Shown: positions 12,141 to 30,516, numbered from the stretch's first letter. The stretch: 64,000 bases of DNA from Paraspadella gotoi (GCA_051294375.1 CM119265.1:5627696-5691695), one strand, 5' to 3'. The notes: a model not told the origin generated them from the letters alone. A program made the numbers and translations.

Positions 12141-15100
12141 TGGGAAGGCGCGGCTGCGGAGACAAAAGTCGAAAAGATTAATGATGATGGAGGAAAAGGC
12201 AGCGAGGAAGAAGGCGATGGCACCGTGGAGGGAGAGGGATGGAAAAAGGGCCGAGGAGCAGACGATGAGGAGGAAGAAGAAGAGGAAGAGGTGGAAACCC
12301 GAAGTAAGCATCTCGCGATGGTGAGGACGAGGAACGCAGACCGGCACAAGAAAGAGCGAATAAAGACGTAAGAAGAAAAAAAAACCGCAAGCCTCACCCT
12401 GTGGGTTAGGAAAGGGTCAACGGAGAAACCGGGTAAGGGCGTGGGCGCCGGCGTTTGAGGCCGACGTGGGCGAAGAGAAGATGAAATTATAAAGAGAGAG
12501 AGAAAAAAAGAGAAAATGAAAAAGGGAGAAGAATAGAAGGTAGAAAGAGAAAAGGGAGATTGAGAAAAAAATGAGAAAGGAAAGGAAATATAATGAGTGG
12601 AAAAGAAATTGAGAAGGATGGAAAAAAGAAAGAAAAAAATAATAAATTGAATGCGAGGAAAGAAAAGAAGAGAACGGGGACAAAACAATAATTATGACGA
12701 GATAAAAGGCCAGGNNNNNNNNNNNNNNNNNNNNNNNNNNNNNNNNNNNNNNNNNNNNNNNNNNNNNNNNNNNNNNNNNNNNNNNNNNNNNNNNNNNNNN
12801 NNNNNNNNNNNNNNNNNNNNNNNNNNNNNNNNNNNNNNNNNNNNNNNNNNNNNNNNNNNNNNNNNNNNNNNNNNNNNNNNNNNNNNNNNNNNNNNNNNNN
12901 NNNNNNNNNNNNNNNNNNNNNNNNNNNNNNNNNNNNNNNNNNNNNNNNNNNNNNNNNNNNNNNNNNNNNNNNNNNNNNNNNNNNNNNNNNNNNNNNNNNN
13001 NNNNNNNNNNNNNNNNNNNNNNNNNNNNNNNNNNNNNNNNNNNNNNNNNNNNNNNNNNNNNNNNNNNNNNNNNNNNNNNNNNNNNNNNNNNNNNNNNNNN
13101 NNNNNNNNNNNNNNNNNNNNNNNNNNNNNNNNNNNNNNNNNNNNNNNNNNNNNNNNNNNNNNNNNNNNNNNNNNNNNNNNNNNNNNNNNNNNNNNNNNNN
13201 NNNNNNNNNNNNNGTTAAAGGTGAGGTCGAAGAGGGATAGCTGAGCAGAAGTGTTGCATTTACGACTGGAAGAATGAAAATGTGCATCGGGACGGATTCG
13301 TGACGATTCGTTGACGATTGTGAATGGAAGCTTATGAGACAGAATCTCGACGCCAGTTGGAGATGAAATGAGGTGGTTAGCTGGGAGGGTGATGCACTTA
13401 AGAGGAATGTTGAAGGAATGTTTTACGGACTACGAAAATCTAGGGATGTTAACGAAATGGAAGAGAGAGAGATGGAAAATAATTGTAAAGAAACTAAAAA
13501 AATTGAAAGAGGAAGTAACAGAAAGTTGAAAAAAAAATAAAGAAAGAAAGAAAGAAAAAAAGGAAGAAAGAAAAAAGAAAGAAACAAAAAGAAAGAAAAA
13601 AAAAGATAAAAAGAAAGGGAGAGAAATAAAAGCAACTACGGACAAATACAAATACAAATACAATACAAAATAAAATGAAATACTATCAATTAATTCTGAT
13701 AGTAATGTATGCTATATTCCGTATATCAGTGAACCAAGAAGGTTTTAAAAGAGAGAAAATAAAAAGGCTAAAGAATGAAAGTGACAAAGGATCGGGGCCA
13801 AGAGTCGTGACTGACGTAGAGAAGTCACGCGCGATCACGTGACCTCGTGAGCCGCTTCAGAACAACGGACGTGCGTGGAAGGGGAAGGATGGGAAGGAAA
13901 GGGGAGAAAAGGGGAGAGGGGTCGGAAGGTCGCTGGATTATTGGACTCCTCGGGGACTAGGGGGACGTTGCGGTGACATGGTGGACACTGGACAGGGCAT
14001 GTAGGGAAAGGTTACGTTGGGTGAGTCTGGGGATGTTTTAGGGACGGACGAGCTTCTTCGCTTTTGGGCCGAAGAAAATGGTTGGGAGGGAGCGAAATGT
14101 TGAGTGGAGTTGATGATTAAATGATTAATAAAGATTAGATCAATAAAGATTGACAAATACGTTGGCCGAAGGAAATAGAATTTCCTTTTCGAAATAAAAT
14201 TATATTTTCGTCGTGATGAATTGAACTTTATATGCAGATGAATGTGAAGACTGAAGACCATAAAATATAAAGATAAAATTGAATAAGATTAATCTTGTTT
14301 CCAAAGAAAAATATTTTGAGAAAAACGAATTTTAAAAATAGATGACAAAGCGAAGGAATTAAATTTGAAGCTTCAAAGTTGTTTTGATCGCAGTATTTTT
14401 GAGCGTCGAATCCTTTACTGTAGAAAATCCGAGCCAAGCCGGGAAAAGCCGCCCGGAGCCAAAAGTCACAAAACTGCTACTTCAAATACAAAACAAAAGA
14501 AAAACGGAGGGGGGAAAACTGAAAAGAGAGAAACAAAAGAAAAACAGAGCTGAAGGCATAAAAAAAGAAAGGCCCGCTATACAGTCAATAACTCGCGCGC
14601 CAAAAATGTGCCAAAACAATGCCAGAGAAAATGTGGAAAATAACGAGAAGGGCGAGAAAAAAGTCAAAAAAAAAGAAAAATAAAAAAACATACCAAAACT
14701 TGAAATCCGCCTGGCGCCCTGGCGCCCTGCCCAGTTCCTCCTCGGTCCTCACCATTTCCCCTTCCACGCCAACCGGCCTTCAGGATTTCACATACAAATT
14801 TCACCAGATCTCTTCTTCACCCACAACCTCACCTCCACCTTTACGTCTTCACGAGATCCGGTCCTGATTCCGCCACGCCTTCTAGAAATTCAATCCTCAC
14901 CTTCCCAGAAAAACAGATAACTTACCAACTTTCTCCAAATTTTTCTTTCATCCTCCGTTTTTTTTTTNNNNNNNNNNNNNNNNNNNNNNNNNNNNNNNNN
15001 NNNNNNNNNNNNNNNNNNNNNNNNNNNNNNNNNNNNNNNNNNNNNNNNNNNNNNNNNNNNNNNNNNNNNNNNNNNNNNNNNNNNNNNNNNNNNNNNNNNN

Positions 15101-17449
15101 NNNNNNNNNNNNNNNNNNNNNNNNNNNNNNNNNNNNNNNNNNNNNNNNNNNNNNNNNNNNNNNNNNNNNNNNNNNNACGCCATATTTTTTTTTTTTACAC
15201 TTTTTGCCTCTTGGTTTTTAATTATATGATATGAAAAGTATTTTATTCTTTTAGATGTCAAGGGACAATGGAAAATAATCACATGAATAATACGAACTGA
15301 CAAACCTAGAACTATTGCGACTCGGTTAACTTTAAATTACCTTTTATATTCCGGTTCCTTTGATTTATCATCGTTGCCTTTCCTTCGCGCGGACGATTAG
15401 ACCGAAATACTACTCCGTCAAAATAATATAACCTATTTTCGTGTCTCATCAACTTCCTTCGTCCTCAAAGGCTGAAATGTTGCAAGGTCAGTCGTCGAAC
15501 GCCTCCTTGCCTCGGCGACGCCGCCGCCGCCGTGGCCGCCGCCGCCGCCGCCGCCGCAGCCGCCGCCGACCTAATCGATGTTCCGGATGATCTTTCGGGA
15601 TGAAAGACCATTAGTCAAAACTCGTCCGCTCTTTTTTATTGTCTTAACTTCAAGTCGTATGTAGAGAGGAATGTCACGTACTGTATCGTTAAATTTAAAT
15701 GTACGTAGTAGATTCATTCAGAATTAACTAGATTTTAAACTTTGTTTAAATTTTTTAATTTTAATTAAAATTTGTTAAATTTAAGTTTTTTTACCTTGAA
15801 CTTTATTACCAATTGTAAACACAAACTTTGATAAACTTAACAATTTTAAAATAGCTTTCTTTCAGAAAAAATCTTTGCTTGTTTATTTATATTTAGAGAT
15901 AAGGTTGTCGTTATGTTTTTGTAGTTGTTTCTGGAAGTCAACTCGTGTTTAATTGATCTTTCAAAAATAAACATAAACTAAATCATTCAACGAAATAAAT
16001 AACATCCCTATTTTTCGCACAACAATCATGACGAACTGTCCGCTACTGAATTCCCATTAAGGTGATCCATGACTCGCAGAAAAACAATATTCGGAAATGT
16101 TATCCCTTTTCTCTTTCATTTATTCTTTTTCCCGTCTCGCTAACCACACCTCTCCCTTCCCCTCGCTCTCTCTCTCTTCTCTCTATCCTCACTCTCTCTC
16201 CCTCTCTCTTCCTCTGTCTCCGTCGACGAGCACGAAATCGAGGGCTAGATCCGCCGGGGGCCACTTCTGGTTCAAGACCCCCATGTTTAAAAGTCTATGA
16301 TGACTTTCCTAAAAAGTCGAATTTTGGCAGGTAGAATGTGAAGCTAGATGGTACTCCGACAGTTATATCCACAAATAAATTGTAAGATTTCCTCAACCTA
16401 GTCTTTTTTTAGAAAAACTCAAGACTATATCTACTTACAAGTGTCTTAACACGAGTAAATTATTTTTTTAACTTGATATGGTTCCATCTTAAACCATAAT
16501 ATTTTTTTATTATTATATGGCGATGGAAAGCTATGCTTTCCTGCCCTATGTTATCCTAACACCAAGGTCAGAGCCTTTGAGAAAGGTTGTTGGCCGATGG
16601 TGGTTTTCTATACATACAGCAGCTTAAAATTTTCCCAAAATTCATAAAAAGATGGTTTTTTGAATCAAAGTGGCTCCGTTTAATTCGCAGTTTAATCTGG
16701 AGGGGATTTAAATTAGTTTTCTTTGTTAGGATTAGTCTCATTTTACCTGGTATTGAAATTGCGAATTTAAAGGCCATTATTATTTTTAATAGGAGAATGT
16801 TGGATGTTTCTCAATTGAAGAGCTAAATATTTGCAGAATTATTTTTTATTTTCTTATACTAGAATTTAACTAGAAAAAGTAGAAAAATTCCTCATTTCTT
16901 CAATTACTCGTTTAAACTAGGTTTTTAAAATGACCGGGCATGATTTGGGTACTTTTAATCCACTAGGAAGATGTCCTTAGACGAATTGCATGCGTGTACT
17001 TAGCGATTTTTTAGCGATTTTTTTTTAAATTCGAGATATAAGCATTTCCAATGCAGTTAGTGTTAACTCGAAAGGAGTATATAAAGATAAGAACGGGGGA
17101 ATGCTGAAATTCGTTAACTTTTTGTAAACACGAAAATTTGAACAAAGAGGGGAAGAGGAAGCGAAAAACCGAAAGTAAAGAGAGAGAGAGAGAGAGAAGA
17201 GCAAGAGGAAGAGAGAAAAAAGAAGAGAGAAAAAGAGAGAGGAGATGAAGGAGAAACTCGTGCTGATAGAAAGCATGAGAGAGAGAAAGAGCAGAGAGAG
17301 AGAGAGGAGGAGACGCACTAATAGAAAGATAGAGTGACAATTCGGTTCTTTATTTACATTCGATTTAATCGGACATGGATTAGTGCACAAGAAAGAGAAT
17401 GTTCCCAGGATACGTATTCCCGGNNNNNNNNNNNNNNNNNNNNNNNNNG

Positions 17450-20454
<3,005 letters not shown>

Positions 20455-20498
20455 ATTCTTCTCTTTTTCTCAACTCTCCATCTCAATGTTTTTGCTCT

Positions 20499-20571
<73 letters not shown>

Positions 20572-21192
20572 CTCTCTCAGTTCCCCTTCTTTCTATCTAT
20601 CCATCTTGCCTAAATTGGATCGTTCCAACTTCGCCCCCCTCCCTCCGATCTCCTCTCGTTTTTCTTCTTTTTCTTGTCAAAGCGCCGACCGGTCGTCTAA
20701 CTTACCTTACCTTACCTTACCGTACCCACCGCCGCACCGCCCACCCCTCTCTCGCTCCGCTATGATGGAAGCTCTCCCACGCTGTTGGCTGACGTCCATC
20801 GAGATCTAAGACCACACGATCCGTTGATTCTGTGGCTGATGATAAAAAATAATAAAACAACAACAACAACAAATCTATAAAATCGTTCATTGTCGAAACG
20901 ACCGCCGACTGATTCCACCGTCTCGTCCAACACGTAAGGACCCGAAACGCCACCTCGATATTTTTCGCCCCGTCACTCCTTTAAATCTTCGTCTCCCACT
21001 GCCTTCCACAGCCCGTCCCCCGAGATCGCCCGCTAGCCACAACTTTTCGCCATCTCTCGCTCAGAGAGATATTCGCCATCTAGTTTGTTCTGGAATGTTT
21101 TGCCTCAATCGTCGGATTAGCGGCCACATCATTCATGCAACGGCGCCGGTCCAACGGATAGATTCATTAACCTCTATCTCTCTATCTCTGCT

Positions 21193-21247
<55 letters not shown>

Positions 21248-21779
21248 NNNNNNNNNNNNNNNNNNNNNNNNNTCTCTCTCTATCTCTCAAAATTGCCTCC
21301 CAAACGCAAGTACAATGCCATTTCATCATAATCATGATCTTCCTCCGCTGAGGTACGAACGGGAAGAGGAGTAGGGACTGAGGGAGGATGATGATACCTG
21401 TTCTCTTTTCCTCAAATGCAATACATAAAAATAAAACAGTGGTACCTAACTATTTATGATTTATGTATCTATGTATCTACACAAGATATCGACGTGAACG
21501 AATTGATACGACAATTTTTAGAATTATTTATTTTTGTCAAAAATCTTAATGACGTCATCAACATTATCCAAACATTTTATTAAATTTTTAATATCGAGTA
21601 ATCTGACGGGTAACGAGAGACGATACGAAGGGAAACGGAGGCCGGAGACATCAATCACTCTCCTACGATCCAATATTTGGATGGAATCTATTCATTCCAT
21701 TTTGTTTGAAAATCTTTAATCTTCAAAACACCATTTTCACGACCTCTCCCTCGAGCTTTCTTTCTTTATTTCTCGTAAC

Positions 21780-21862
<83 letters not shown>

Positions 21863-21968
21863 CAAACTCTCTTTCTGGCTCTCCTTTCTCTTCCACCTCA
21901 TTGTTGATTCACCGCGAGAAGTTGGAAAGGTTCTATTTTTAAAATATTTCTCTCCCACCCTCTTCTCT

Positions 21969-22028
<60 letters not shown>

Positions 22029-23837
22029 ACTGTCTCACTCTTTTTCTACTTCCTTCGTTTTCCCCTTTTCATTCTTTTTATATTTCCTTTTTTTCGGTCT
22101 AAGCCTTATCAAGATTCGTTCTTTGGCGGACGGAAAGAGAAGAAGGTGGCGGAGGTAATGATGATGTTCCTCTTTGAATCATCTCGAGACGGTGACTACG
22201 AGATAGAGAGATCGGAGGATGGAGATTGAGAGATAGAGATGGAAATGGAGAGATCCTCCGATAGAGATGGAGAGATCGGGAGAAGAATCCATGCAGGTCG
22301 GAAGCCCCCAGCTGTCTGTTCCTACGATGTTTCAATACCTTTCTAATTCATCATTTAAAAACAAGAATATATCATTTATAAGAAATGGAATGGAAATGTG
22401 GAAGGATCGTAATAAATCGATAAACTTATGCTAAGCTTTTTTTAACGAAGCCTATGTAGTAGTTTAACTATCTCGTAAAAATCGCCGTTTTCCTCCGACT
22501 CCGTTCTCGATGATGTCTCGTTTCGATCCATAAAATCCAGACGATGGCGTCCAGACGAGTTTTTCACGACGAGGTCGCTTTTCTTCTCCAGGGGATGGTG
22601 GAAAAGTTTCAGAGTAAATTAGTCTCGTTGCTGGGATAGAGACAGAGGCAACTTTCAGATTCTTCATTAACGTACAACGAAAGCGATAGAAAGTAACTGT
22701 TTAATAATAAAACCTCTCTGTCTCTGTCTCTCTCTCTCGATTTCTTTTCCTTTTCTTTCCCGGTCACCATCACGCCGACTTTCCGAGAGTTTTTTTTATC
22801 GGTCATTAACCATTTGCACAACGAGATTGGCTTTGCTTAGTTACTATTTCATATCATGACGTGTTACTTTGTCATTGCGGACGACTTTTATATTTTATAT
22901 TAATTAATTAACAAAATTTTATCGGAACCTTCAGACAAAAAGAATTGAGGCAGACTGACCGACCGACTATGTGCCTTTCTTTTCGGTGAATAATTATTTC
23001 GCCTGTTAATACATATTCCAAGGACGTTCCTATCCAACCAGAAAGTGCGAGGGNNNNNNNNNNAATTCACAAAAGAGGTTTATTAAAATATCATTATTAG
23101 GAGCACTAAGCGTGAAGAATAAAGAAGAAGAGCAAGAGAATAAAAAAAAATAAAGGTTACGAATATTATGCGTGTTTTTTCGACGACCTTTTCTCACTCA
23201 TGGCGCGAGTTATTTTTAGAGNNNNNNNNNNNNNNNNNNNNNNNNNCCGCCTGTTGAGTTGATAGAGATATTGAATAAAAAGTGGAAGGAGTCAAAGAGT
23301 TGACGTGTCTTAAAATACGTAATTACAGTTGATTAGACCATAATTTTTCACAATTGGGCATATTCGCAAAGAGCTACTCACGTCTTATGCTCATGGACTT
23401 CAAGCGAATCACGACGCAGCGATGATCGTTGAGGGTACTATGCGTGAACGTTATTGGAGTCTATATAAATCCCCGGGAATATTAACTTCGGGAAATTAAT
23501 TAAATATTTATAAACTATTAACAGGGACATTCTGCCTTAGAATTTGCTCAATGCTCAAACTTTCATAATTTCTTACCATTTTTTTTCTTCTTCCTTCTCT
23601 TTTTTTCTTCTTTTTTCTTCTTTTTCTTCTTTTTTTCTCTCTTTCTCAGGAGGCGGAGGGTGTCCCCCTGGGAATCACGATGGGTGAGAGCTAATATATG
23701 TCTCCGCTCGGGCTTTGGGCCATAGACCCTAAGAATAGTAATGCTATTTTTGTTTCTTCACCAACATATTTTGTTATTCTGACAGCTTTGACAGAAACGA
23801 CCAAAAACTCTTCGAACTTTGGACTTTTGGTTTTTTC

Positions 23838-24250
23838 GGTAGCTTGATCTATCGCTTTGATGTTCGCCCGGGATAGCTTCGGCTCGGGCGCCAGTTACAT
23901 TGATTTTACATGGTGAGTTTAATGTAGACTTTCATTTGAATTTCTTAAATCGAAATTTTAATTAGAACTAATGGTATATAGAATAGATCTAATTAATTTT
24001 TTCTTAAAGAGGCACATGCGATCATCTAGAGCTCAGCCTCGGTGTAGGGCCGGTTTTGCATTTCTGTTGGCCCTTAGCGTTCCAGAAACCAGGGGCGAAC
24101 CCGCCTCAGGTAACGAAAATCGCCTTTAACGATCGGCGTTTAAAAACGTTATTCGCGTGTAAAACTTCTTTGATTTTAGACGCTCAACGATTGCTCGCAA
24201 TGCGAAAAACAACGGAACATCTCCATTTTAGAAGTAGAAGAAAATTTAAA
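23838..24250 (+). pseudogene. Third, frameshifted copy of exons 7-9 of the SLC22-like gene at 53890-57871; probably uncorrected read sequence
   Basis: Contains CCAGAAACCAGGGGCGAACC (PETRGEP) and GATTTTAG/ACGCTCAACGA. It is the reverse complement of ~53890-54300 with many single-base indels. Confidence 0.6.
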
Positions 24251-24824
24251 TTGTTAACAATACTACAATAATAATATAAAGAGTGAGATTTTAATTGTAA
24301 TAATCAAAAATGGATATTCACCTTCATCGCATCAATTGTCGCCTCAAAAATTACAAAGTGTCAGAATAGGTGAAAGAGCAGAAACAAGCTAATTTTATCA
24401 TCGCCGTTTTAAGGAACTTTATAACAAAGAACTCACGTAAATGGAAGAAAAAAATAATTAATATATTAATTACGATTATGTAATTATGTTAATTGAATAT
24501 CATACCGGAGTTAGTGGAAAAAAGTTAGTAAAAAAAATAAAAGAATACCAATAATTTTTCAACAGATAAATTGCTTTAAAAATTGATTTAAGACATGAAT
24601 GTTAACTAGAACTCGAGAGCTCCGAATGAATGCGACCGAACCGACAGTGGCGCCGATGCGGGCGTCACATTTAATTCGGCCTCGTCGTCCAGCGTTTAAA
24701 TATTCATTAGACACGCATTTGTAAAAGACATTTATTTGATTATATGGCGGATGCTAGTTTTACCGGTTCTCGAAACGTGGCGTGTAGCATAAAAACCGAC
24801 TGCGTTTCTCCTCTCGGTCTCTCT

Positions 24825-24860
<36 letters not shown>

Positions 24861-26178
24861 TCATCTCTCTCTCTCTCTCGATCTCTCTCTCTCTCTCAAG
24901 AAAGACTTTCGTGCCAGATGGTGGCTCCGCGACTTTGTTGATGTTGATGTAAAAGCGTTGGCCTTTCCGAGTTGCACGATTAATTTCCTGGGTCATCGAC
25001 CGCTAGAGGGCGAGAAGCGAATATGTGCGGACATGATACATTTTACATTTTTGGCGTACGTATAGCGAAATGAGCTTAGTTCCATGAGGTTTACTGAGAA
25101 ATTTTTGCTTAATCGTTCAAACTTCGTAAAAGGTGGTAAAAGATGTTGGTTTTCTCATGTTGTGTTTTTTTGTCTTCCATTGCATTGGTTTTTTTCATTT
25201 TTATCCCTTTTTTTTTCTTTTTTCCATTCTTATCGGTTTTTCCGGCGAAATTGAAAGATCCGAAAGTTCCGTCGGTCAGAGGATTTCAAAGCCACACAGA
25301 GCAACGTCTCCCATACAAATGAAATAAGTAAAACATAAAAAAAAAGAGCATTTTTTATTCTTTTTTTTTTAGTAAGAGACGTCTCGATTTGGAGAGGATA
25401 TTTATGACTTAAGAGAGAGAAATAAGATCCAAAGAAAAAAGGATTAGAAAAACGTGCGCCGAATAACGGATCATAGGCCAGAAGAGAGAGAGAGAGATGA
25501 AGGAGAGAGAGAGAGAGAGAGAGATGTAGATGTTTGTGAATAAGAAAAGAAATTCTATGGAGAGAATAGTGAATGACGGGTGTAATGGCATAAGGTAGAA
25601 GGTGCTGGGCCGAAAAGGAAGCGGGATATCCGCGGTCCGTTCAGATTAGTCAAAACCAATTCTATTGTTAAAATTCGAGAGAAGGCTTATTTAGAGGACA
25701 TTGGCTCAGGATGGTGGAGAATGTAGATTGAGGATTATTGGGAAAGGAGGAAGAGGAGCTGATGACAAGGAGCTAGAGAAGAGCAGGTAGTTGTAGAGGA
25801 GAAAAGCACCAACGTATTTTTTTCCGCAATGGCCGTGCTGGCAGTCGAGGAGAAGAGACGATTGATAGTTCAACGGGTTCATTACATAATCTGGCACACG
25901 CTGTGCTGATGTTATATTGTAGCCTTAGTTGTTTGAGATCTCGTGAGAGCTATGCCCCTCTTCCAGCGAGGAGACCCGCACGCGATATCCCCTTTCCCAC
26001 CTCTTCCGACGGAGGTCGCCATATTGCGAGGCTCCTTGTTACACCGCTGCAATTTTTCTCTCTCAGCCTCCTCTCTTCCTTGGTCGTAACTTGGATTTTA
26101 TAGGGGGCTCTTCTCTACCTCAGGGCCTCTTGGGGTTTGGGGAAAATGTGGGGGGGGAGAGGAAAGGATAAGCAGCTA

Positions 26179-26211
<33 letters not shown>

Positions 26212-29200
26212 ACGAGAGAGAGAGGGAGAGAGAGAGAGGAGAGAAGAAAGAGACAAATCGAGAGCACGTTCCTTTGGATCGGGAGATAAACCTTTTGATA
26301 AAGTGAGAACGAAAGAAGAGAAAAATATTTAGTCGATGAGTTTCATTTTTTGAAACTGGGGCCGAGAATCCTCATTTTTTTGCAAAACGTTTACTAAAAT
26401 TAGCAGGAAACTATTTAAAAAAAAGAATTAGAAAAACCTTGTCTCAGTTTCGTTGTTCATATGTATTTGGAAGAAATTGATTATAACAAGCTGAATATTA
26501 TTATATTTTTTTTTTTTTTCAATTTAAATGATTAGAAACGAAATTCGGTGTAAATATTTTGCCCAAGAATTTTGTCACGTTCATATAAAGTGATGAAACG
26601 AAATATTTTTTCAAATTAAAAATGCGAAAGCGAAAAACAAAATTTAGTCATTTCATTTAAAAACTCATTGGCCGTATGAATGAAAAAAAATATAGCCATG
26701 TATAGAGAATAAATATAAGGTCAATTTTTGATTAAGGCCATGTTCTGCTGATCTGGTCTTCAGGAAATATTTGTCGGCTCTTAAATTCTTGGGATGGGAA
26801 AAAGGTGTTGCTGCGAGCTGACATCGGGGTAACAAATATCGACGTGCCATGCGAAATGGATTAAATAACCTTACAATATTACGCGTACGCAAGTATTTTT
26901 ACAATGTGCGGATTTTCGAATAAGAAAGGAATTTAATATTTCAAGAAAGCGATCATTGACACGAGTAGTGACTTGCGAGATTTTGCGAATAGAGTAGATG
27001 GGAGAAAGGCGGGAAATTTGAGTCTTCGTCCTAGAATCTTTCGAACGTCAGGCGTGCGCGAGCGTCTGACTGCGGCCGGTAGGGTCCATGGATATTGCTA
27101 CAGTTGCTAGGTCTCCACGTTTCGATGGAAGAGAAATCGAATGGAAGGTCGAAAAAGGTTAAAGAGAAAAAAAAACTGGATAAATAAGGGAGGAGCGGAC
27201 GGCGAGGGTGGGTGGGAGAATACGGAGCGAAAATCGAGGTCCGCCGCGTGGAGCGGAGTAAGGAGTGCGAATGTTTTGTCCCTCACCTATTAATTTGCGT
27301 CCTCTCTTCTCGCATAACTTTGGCCTCGATTTTAGACGAAACGGGGGGAGGTGGCCTGTGGCGAGAAGCGTTAGAAGAGTCGGGCCGGGGGGGGGGGGGT
27401 GGCATCGATCGGAAATAATTGAAAAGGTGAAGAACTAAGACCAAATGACACGGCAAGAACAAGAAATGACATGGAAATAGTCCGATTTTGATGTTTAGGC
27501 GGTTGAGGAGTATGAAAGCATTCAAATAGATGTTTTCCATGTTAATATTTGTAGTTGTTAATTTTGAAATACACATATGGCAATATAATAGTATTTTATA
27601 TAAATGGTTTTAAATGAGATTATAAAAAATGTTATCGATTTAAAAATAAACCTGAACGTAGGTATTCATAGCGTTTTCATCTACGTACGTTATGCTTTTT
27701 AAATTTAAAAAAAAAAAACGTAATATTATAAAATAATAAGTAAAAAGTACAAAATTACTTGTTTTAAAAAAAATGTTGAAAATTAAAAAAATAGTTCATA
27801 ACTTTATTAATTGTAATAAACATTTTGTTAAATTTAGTTGTTTCTTTTCTTTTGTAGTTGAAGGTCAAACAAAAAAAGGCGCTTCTGTTTTGTTGTTGAT
27901 GTGTTGTTTATTTTTTATCCTGAGGCTGATCGAGAAAAAGGATGAGTAATCGAGCGAAAGATCCTTAAATGAAAATGATTCCGTTAATTGGGTTCCATTT
28001 AATGGCGAAAGCCGATGTCGTTTAGAAATATGGCGGGAGAAGTGCGAGGGCTTTTCTGTAACTTAAATATAAGTGGGAAAAGAGGCGAGAGAGAGATGAG
28101 AGAGGAGAGAGAGAAGAGAGAGAGAGAGAGTAGGAGAGAGAGGAAAGATCGAAAGCGAAATGATAGCTCGTTTATTCGATCGTTAATAAGTTGGGAAACA
28201 TTAAATAAATCATCGGCAAAACAAATGAGGGGCGATTCTTTCCGGTCGAATTAATTCGAATGAAGACAAAATTCGAGAAAATAATAAAAATGGAACGAGA
28301 AAGAGAGGAACTCATAGATTTTTTTTTTAGAATGTTAATGGAAGATGAGGAAGCAGAGAGAGAGAGAGGGAGAGAAGAAAGAGAGAGAAAAGATGAGGCG
28401 GAAAAGAATCTTGGGATGTAAATTAAGACGAAAGACAGAGTGCTAAGGCAAAGCGGACGAGAGAGAGAGAGAGAGAGAGGAGAGGAGAGAGAGGAACGAG
28501 AGAGAGAGAGATGAGAGAAGAGAGAGAGAGAGAGAGAGAGAGTGATAACCCATCGCCATCTCCGGATGTAATGAAGATGAAGCGTCGCGGTGTCATCAAA
28601 AGAAGAGGACGACGCCGAGACCCGAGAGAGATATGGGCTGTCTTGGCGGCGGCGGCGGCGGCGGGCGGCGGTCGGCGGCGCGGCCGGCGCGGGCGGGTGC
28701 GGCGGTGCAGCGACGTCAGCGGCAGCGGCGGAACAAAAAGGAGTAACTTAATCCATAATCATCGTCTTAAATCTGTCGCTTCTACTCACGCTTGGGTCAC
28801 TTACTCTATTTTTAATTTTCTATATTGTTCATCGTTCGTTGAAGTGGAGATATTACGTATATTTATAATTCCTATTTAAAATATTCTCCATTGTTTTATT
28901 CTAGTTAGTAAAATTTATTTCTCTAGGGTTTTCATAAAATGAATAAAATCTCATGCTATTGGCCAACAGTTATGTTAATAAACAAATGCATATTTCAAAA
29001 AAAATTTTCTACTTATTAGCCACTCTTATGTCTTTAAGTAAAAGGTAAAGCTTTTCTTTGTATTTAGCGAAACAGTCATAAATAATGCAAATCCACCGAC
29101 GAGCGACCGACCGACCGACGAACGCCTGACGACAGATCTTAGCTCACGCAAAAAAAAAAAAAAAAAAGAAAAAAAGGAATCTCATGATTCGAATCAAAAA

Positions 29201-30467
29201 AAAAAAATAATCGAGCTAGACGATGAGAGATTTTCCCGCGTACGCCGTTGACGCGATGACGAATTGAGCCGAGATGGCGGCCGGGACGCACACGACGACG
29301 AAGAACGAAGAACGAGCGACGATGTCGACAATGACTAAAAAGACGATATCAAAGAGATGACGGCGGGGACGATGGCGGACAATACGCACCGAACGATTTA
29401 GGCACCGACAATGAAGTCGGACTTGGACGATAACACTGAGTTTTATGATCACGAATCAGAGATGGAAGGACGACAATGGCGGCGAAGGAGGCAACACGAC
29501 GGACGACCTAATTCCATTATTTACATCATGCTTTTTTTAATAAACCTATATAAAATTCTATAATAAAAATAATTAAAGGGAGAGAATTCGAAGACGATAG
29601 TACAATCTATACATCCGCGACCCGTTGGACGTCGTCTCGCGAATGACGCATCTAACGACGCCGGTTTAGAACGACGACGACGACGTCCGCACGTAAACTC
29701 GAGACTCGAAAAAAAAAAGAAACGAGAAACGAATGACAAATAGACTCGAGCAACGAGATGACAAACGAGTATGGAATACGAAAATTGACACCACAAAACG
29801 AAAACCAAATTCTTTTTGGTCGAAAAAAAAAATTGAGCTCTTGTTGAGGGAAGAGAAGGGAATAGGAATGAGTGAGCGAGAGAAGTAAAGGGTGGTGGTT
29901 GAGGGGGGGTGAGAGAGAAAATAGGATCCATGGCCTCGAGACAGAGCGCGCCCTTGAGGAATTAAAAACCCGAGAATTATAGAAAGGAAGAGACGTTGCG
30001 GCGTGTGTACAAAGTTGCAAACGCATCTGCGTCTTCTGTGCGCACTAGCATGGTTAAACATATTGTTTATATTGTTCGATTCAAGAGTATTTTTTTTTTT
30101 GTAATTAAATTTAAATATTCATTCCTAGTAAGAGAGCTCATCTCTCATATTTTAATGATTTACAAATCATCATGAATTAATCGAATTGGTCGGCCAGTAG
30201 AACTTTCCTTTCCTCTCGTTGGCTTCTTTGACTTGACCTCAACTTTTTTTCTTTCTTTGAATCTCTTGGTTCTCGTCTCTGTTCTTTATTGTTTCTTTTC
30301 TGCCTCTTCTCCCCTCTCCTCTCTCCCGTCCGTTTGTTCCACCTTTTCACCCACTCGAGCCAATAGACGTATGAAACCAGTCTCTTCACAAAAGGAGAAG
30401 AAGGACAAAAATTCCTGCCTATTTTCCCACATCCAATCCACATTGCTTGGAAATGAGTCTGGCGCGC

Positions 30468-30516
<49 letters not shown>

